A stretch of 64,000 nt of DNA from Balanoglossus misakiensis (lineage: Eukaryota; Animalia; Hemichordata), in assembly GCA_040954595.2 (NCBI GenBank), contig CM082591.2, positions 7,306,047 through 7,370,046 of the forward strand. Reading direction: 5' to 3'. The notes below the pieces were generated by a model. It ran no database searches, was not told the origin of the DNA, and was given only the letters and a program-made list of their open reading frames with translations. The translations under genes and the position numbers were made by a program. Positions 62,523-64,000 of the stretch are shown piece by piece. Position 1 is the first letter of the stretch. Each line of letters begins with the position of its first letter.

Positions 62523-62862
62523 AGGGACAAAGTCTCTCTCTCGCCCTTTTTCCACTAATTATGTTTGATACAAGACACCCTTTATGTTATTCCACATGTG
62601 GATATATAGAGAATCAACGTTCAACCACACACCTTCCATCCCGCTTGTAGACACAAGAGTGAAAAAAAACTCGCTAAAATGAATAATCGTTCTCTACCAT
62701 TTATTCATTTTGGGTGAGTTTTTACTCTCATATCTTACTAGCAGGATGGAAGTTGTGTGTGGTTGTGTATACCGGTACACGTGTACATTAACATAAACAG
62801 TGTCTTGTATCAAACATAATTAATGGAAAAGGGGCAGCGAGAGAGAGAGAGACTTTGTCCCT
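62523..62862. mobile_element. palindromic MITE family A
   Basis: TTAA on both sides; full-length arms. Confidence 0.92.
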
Positions 62863-63130
62863 TTAACTGTTTTCTGATTAAAAGCTTCAGTCTTGTAGGA
62901 CAGGTACATGATGTGGGGGCATTCACGTCTCTGTTTATTACCAGAACTGCCACGTCAGTGCAAAAAGGTTGTATCTGCATCTGTACAGATTTTTGCAGGA
63001 GTGCGAAAAAATTTGATTTTCAAATGGCAGTACATGTTTGCAAGCAAAAACACATAAATATCAATACCTGACAAATGTGACAGTGTTTCCTAAAAGATAA
63101 CATTTCTTAGCGAGGAACATACTCATTTAA

Positions 63131-63444
63131 AGGGCCACGATCGTCTTATGCGCATGTGCCAAACCAGAAACTCTGGTTACAAAAAAATGCAGTCAATGCC
63201 TAACTACAAACAAGATGGCGGCCACCATAGTCTGTGTTGAAAATCGGGGAAAAGACAGCAAATTGGGTGAAAAGAAGTGACAAAACTAATGTCTACTTAG
63301 TTATACGGTACACATGAACTATGGAAGGAAGCAAGGCTGTCCACTATTTGAATGCGTCGAAACAAAATTTGCAGAACATTTGGTTTTGACGTAATGTGTG
63401 TACACAAGAAATTACGCACAAGCGCATAAGACGATCGTCGGCCT
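63131..63444. mobile_element. Kolobok-like MITE family F
   Basis: TTAA|agggccacgatcgtcttatgcgc...gcgcataagacgatcgtcggcct|TTAA. Confidence 0.88.
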
Positions 63445-64000
63445 TTAATATTTACATCAGATTTATGAATGTCCTGTAAAAATATGGAGACATGCATATA
63501 CTGGTACAACCTTTGCTGTACTGCTGCAATGTAATATCCTCATTCAATCAAGATGATGTGTGAGGGCGCTAGACTTGGGAAAAGGGTGTGCTCTGAGATT
63601 TATATACCTTCATCTAAATTCATTGAACTGACAGCTAGGTTGGTACATCATACTAATTGTGCATGACTATATGTATGATTTGTATTTCTTTGTAGAATTA
63701 CATGTAAATACTTGTAATGTGCATATACGTCTTGTATGATTTTATTTGTAGAATATTGAATTACTGTACAGTTAATTCTGCTAAGAGTAATATTTAAAGA
63801 AAATTCTGACTCCTCAAGCAAAATATATCAATATATACATACATATAAATATATATTAATTTGTAATGTAGCAGTTAGCAATGTATGTATCCACTACCAA
63901 TAACATTACAAAACTGTCACATATCAAAGAATGCTCCTTTTGCAATTGAAAGTTTGCCATCATGTACCTAGAAAAACGCTGGCATTTACTGGAGATATCT

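Overview
This is AT-rich, intron-rich eukaryotic (metazoan) genomic DNA. Gene content and repeat landscape suggest a marine invertebrate, probably a non-vertebrate deuterostome, but the taxon is an inference. I reconstructed five spliced genes by hand from GT-AG junctions and reading-frame phase. (1) The 3' part of a coiled-coil + NHL-repeat gene (+, 5' end outside the window). (2) ACSS3 (-, 16 coding exons, ~696 aa). (3) LIN7 (+, 5 coding exons, ~198 aa), head-to-head with ACSS3 with only 134 bp between the ATGs. (4) SCYL2 (-, 15 coding exons, ~930 aa). (5) TRAF6 (+, 6 coding exons, ~568 aa), probably divergent from SCYL2 via a shared promoter with an NF-kB site. Introns and UTRs are packed with non-autonomous DNA transposons, and target-site duplications are readable for several classes (TTAA, TA, AATT, 5-6 bp, 9-10 bp). 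Three nested insertions have empty-site controls inside the window. Also present are a Helentron-like tandem-repeat element, a decayed LINE, a SINE fragment, a 1.19-kb tandem duplication starting at the ACSS3 stop codon, and a probable new in-frame cassette exon born by local duplication. I found no autonomous transposase, CRISPR array, rRNA or tRNA gene, and no convincing wholly new multi-gene system. The best leads are the exon-birth event, the ancient microsynteny and bidirectional promoters, and the unusual TE classes. Most short ORFs in the supplied track are spurious.
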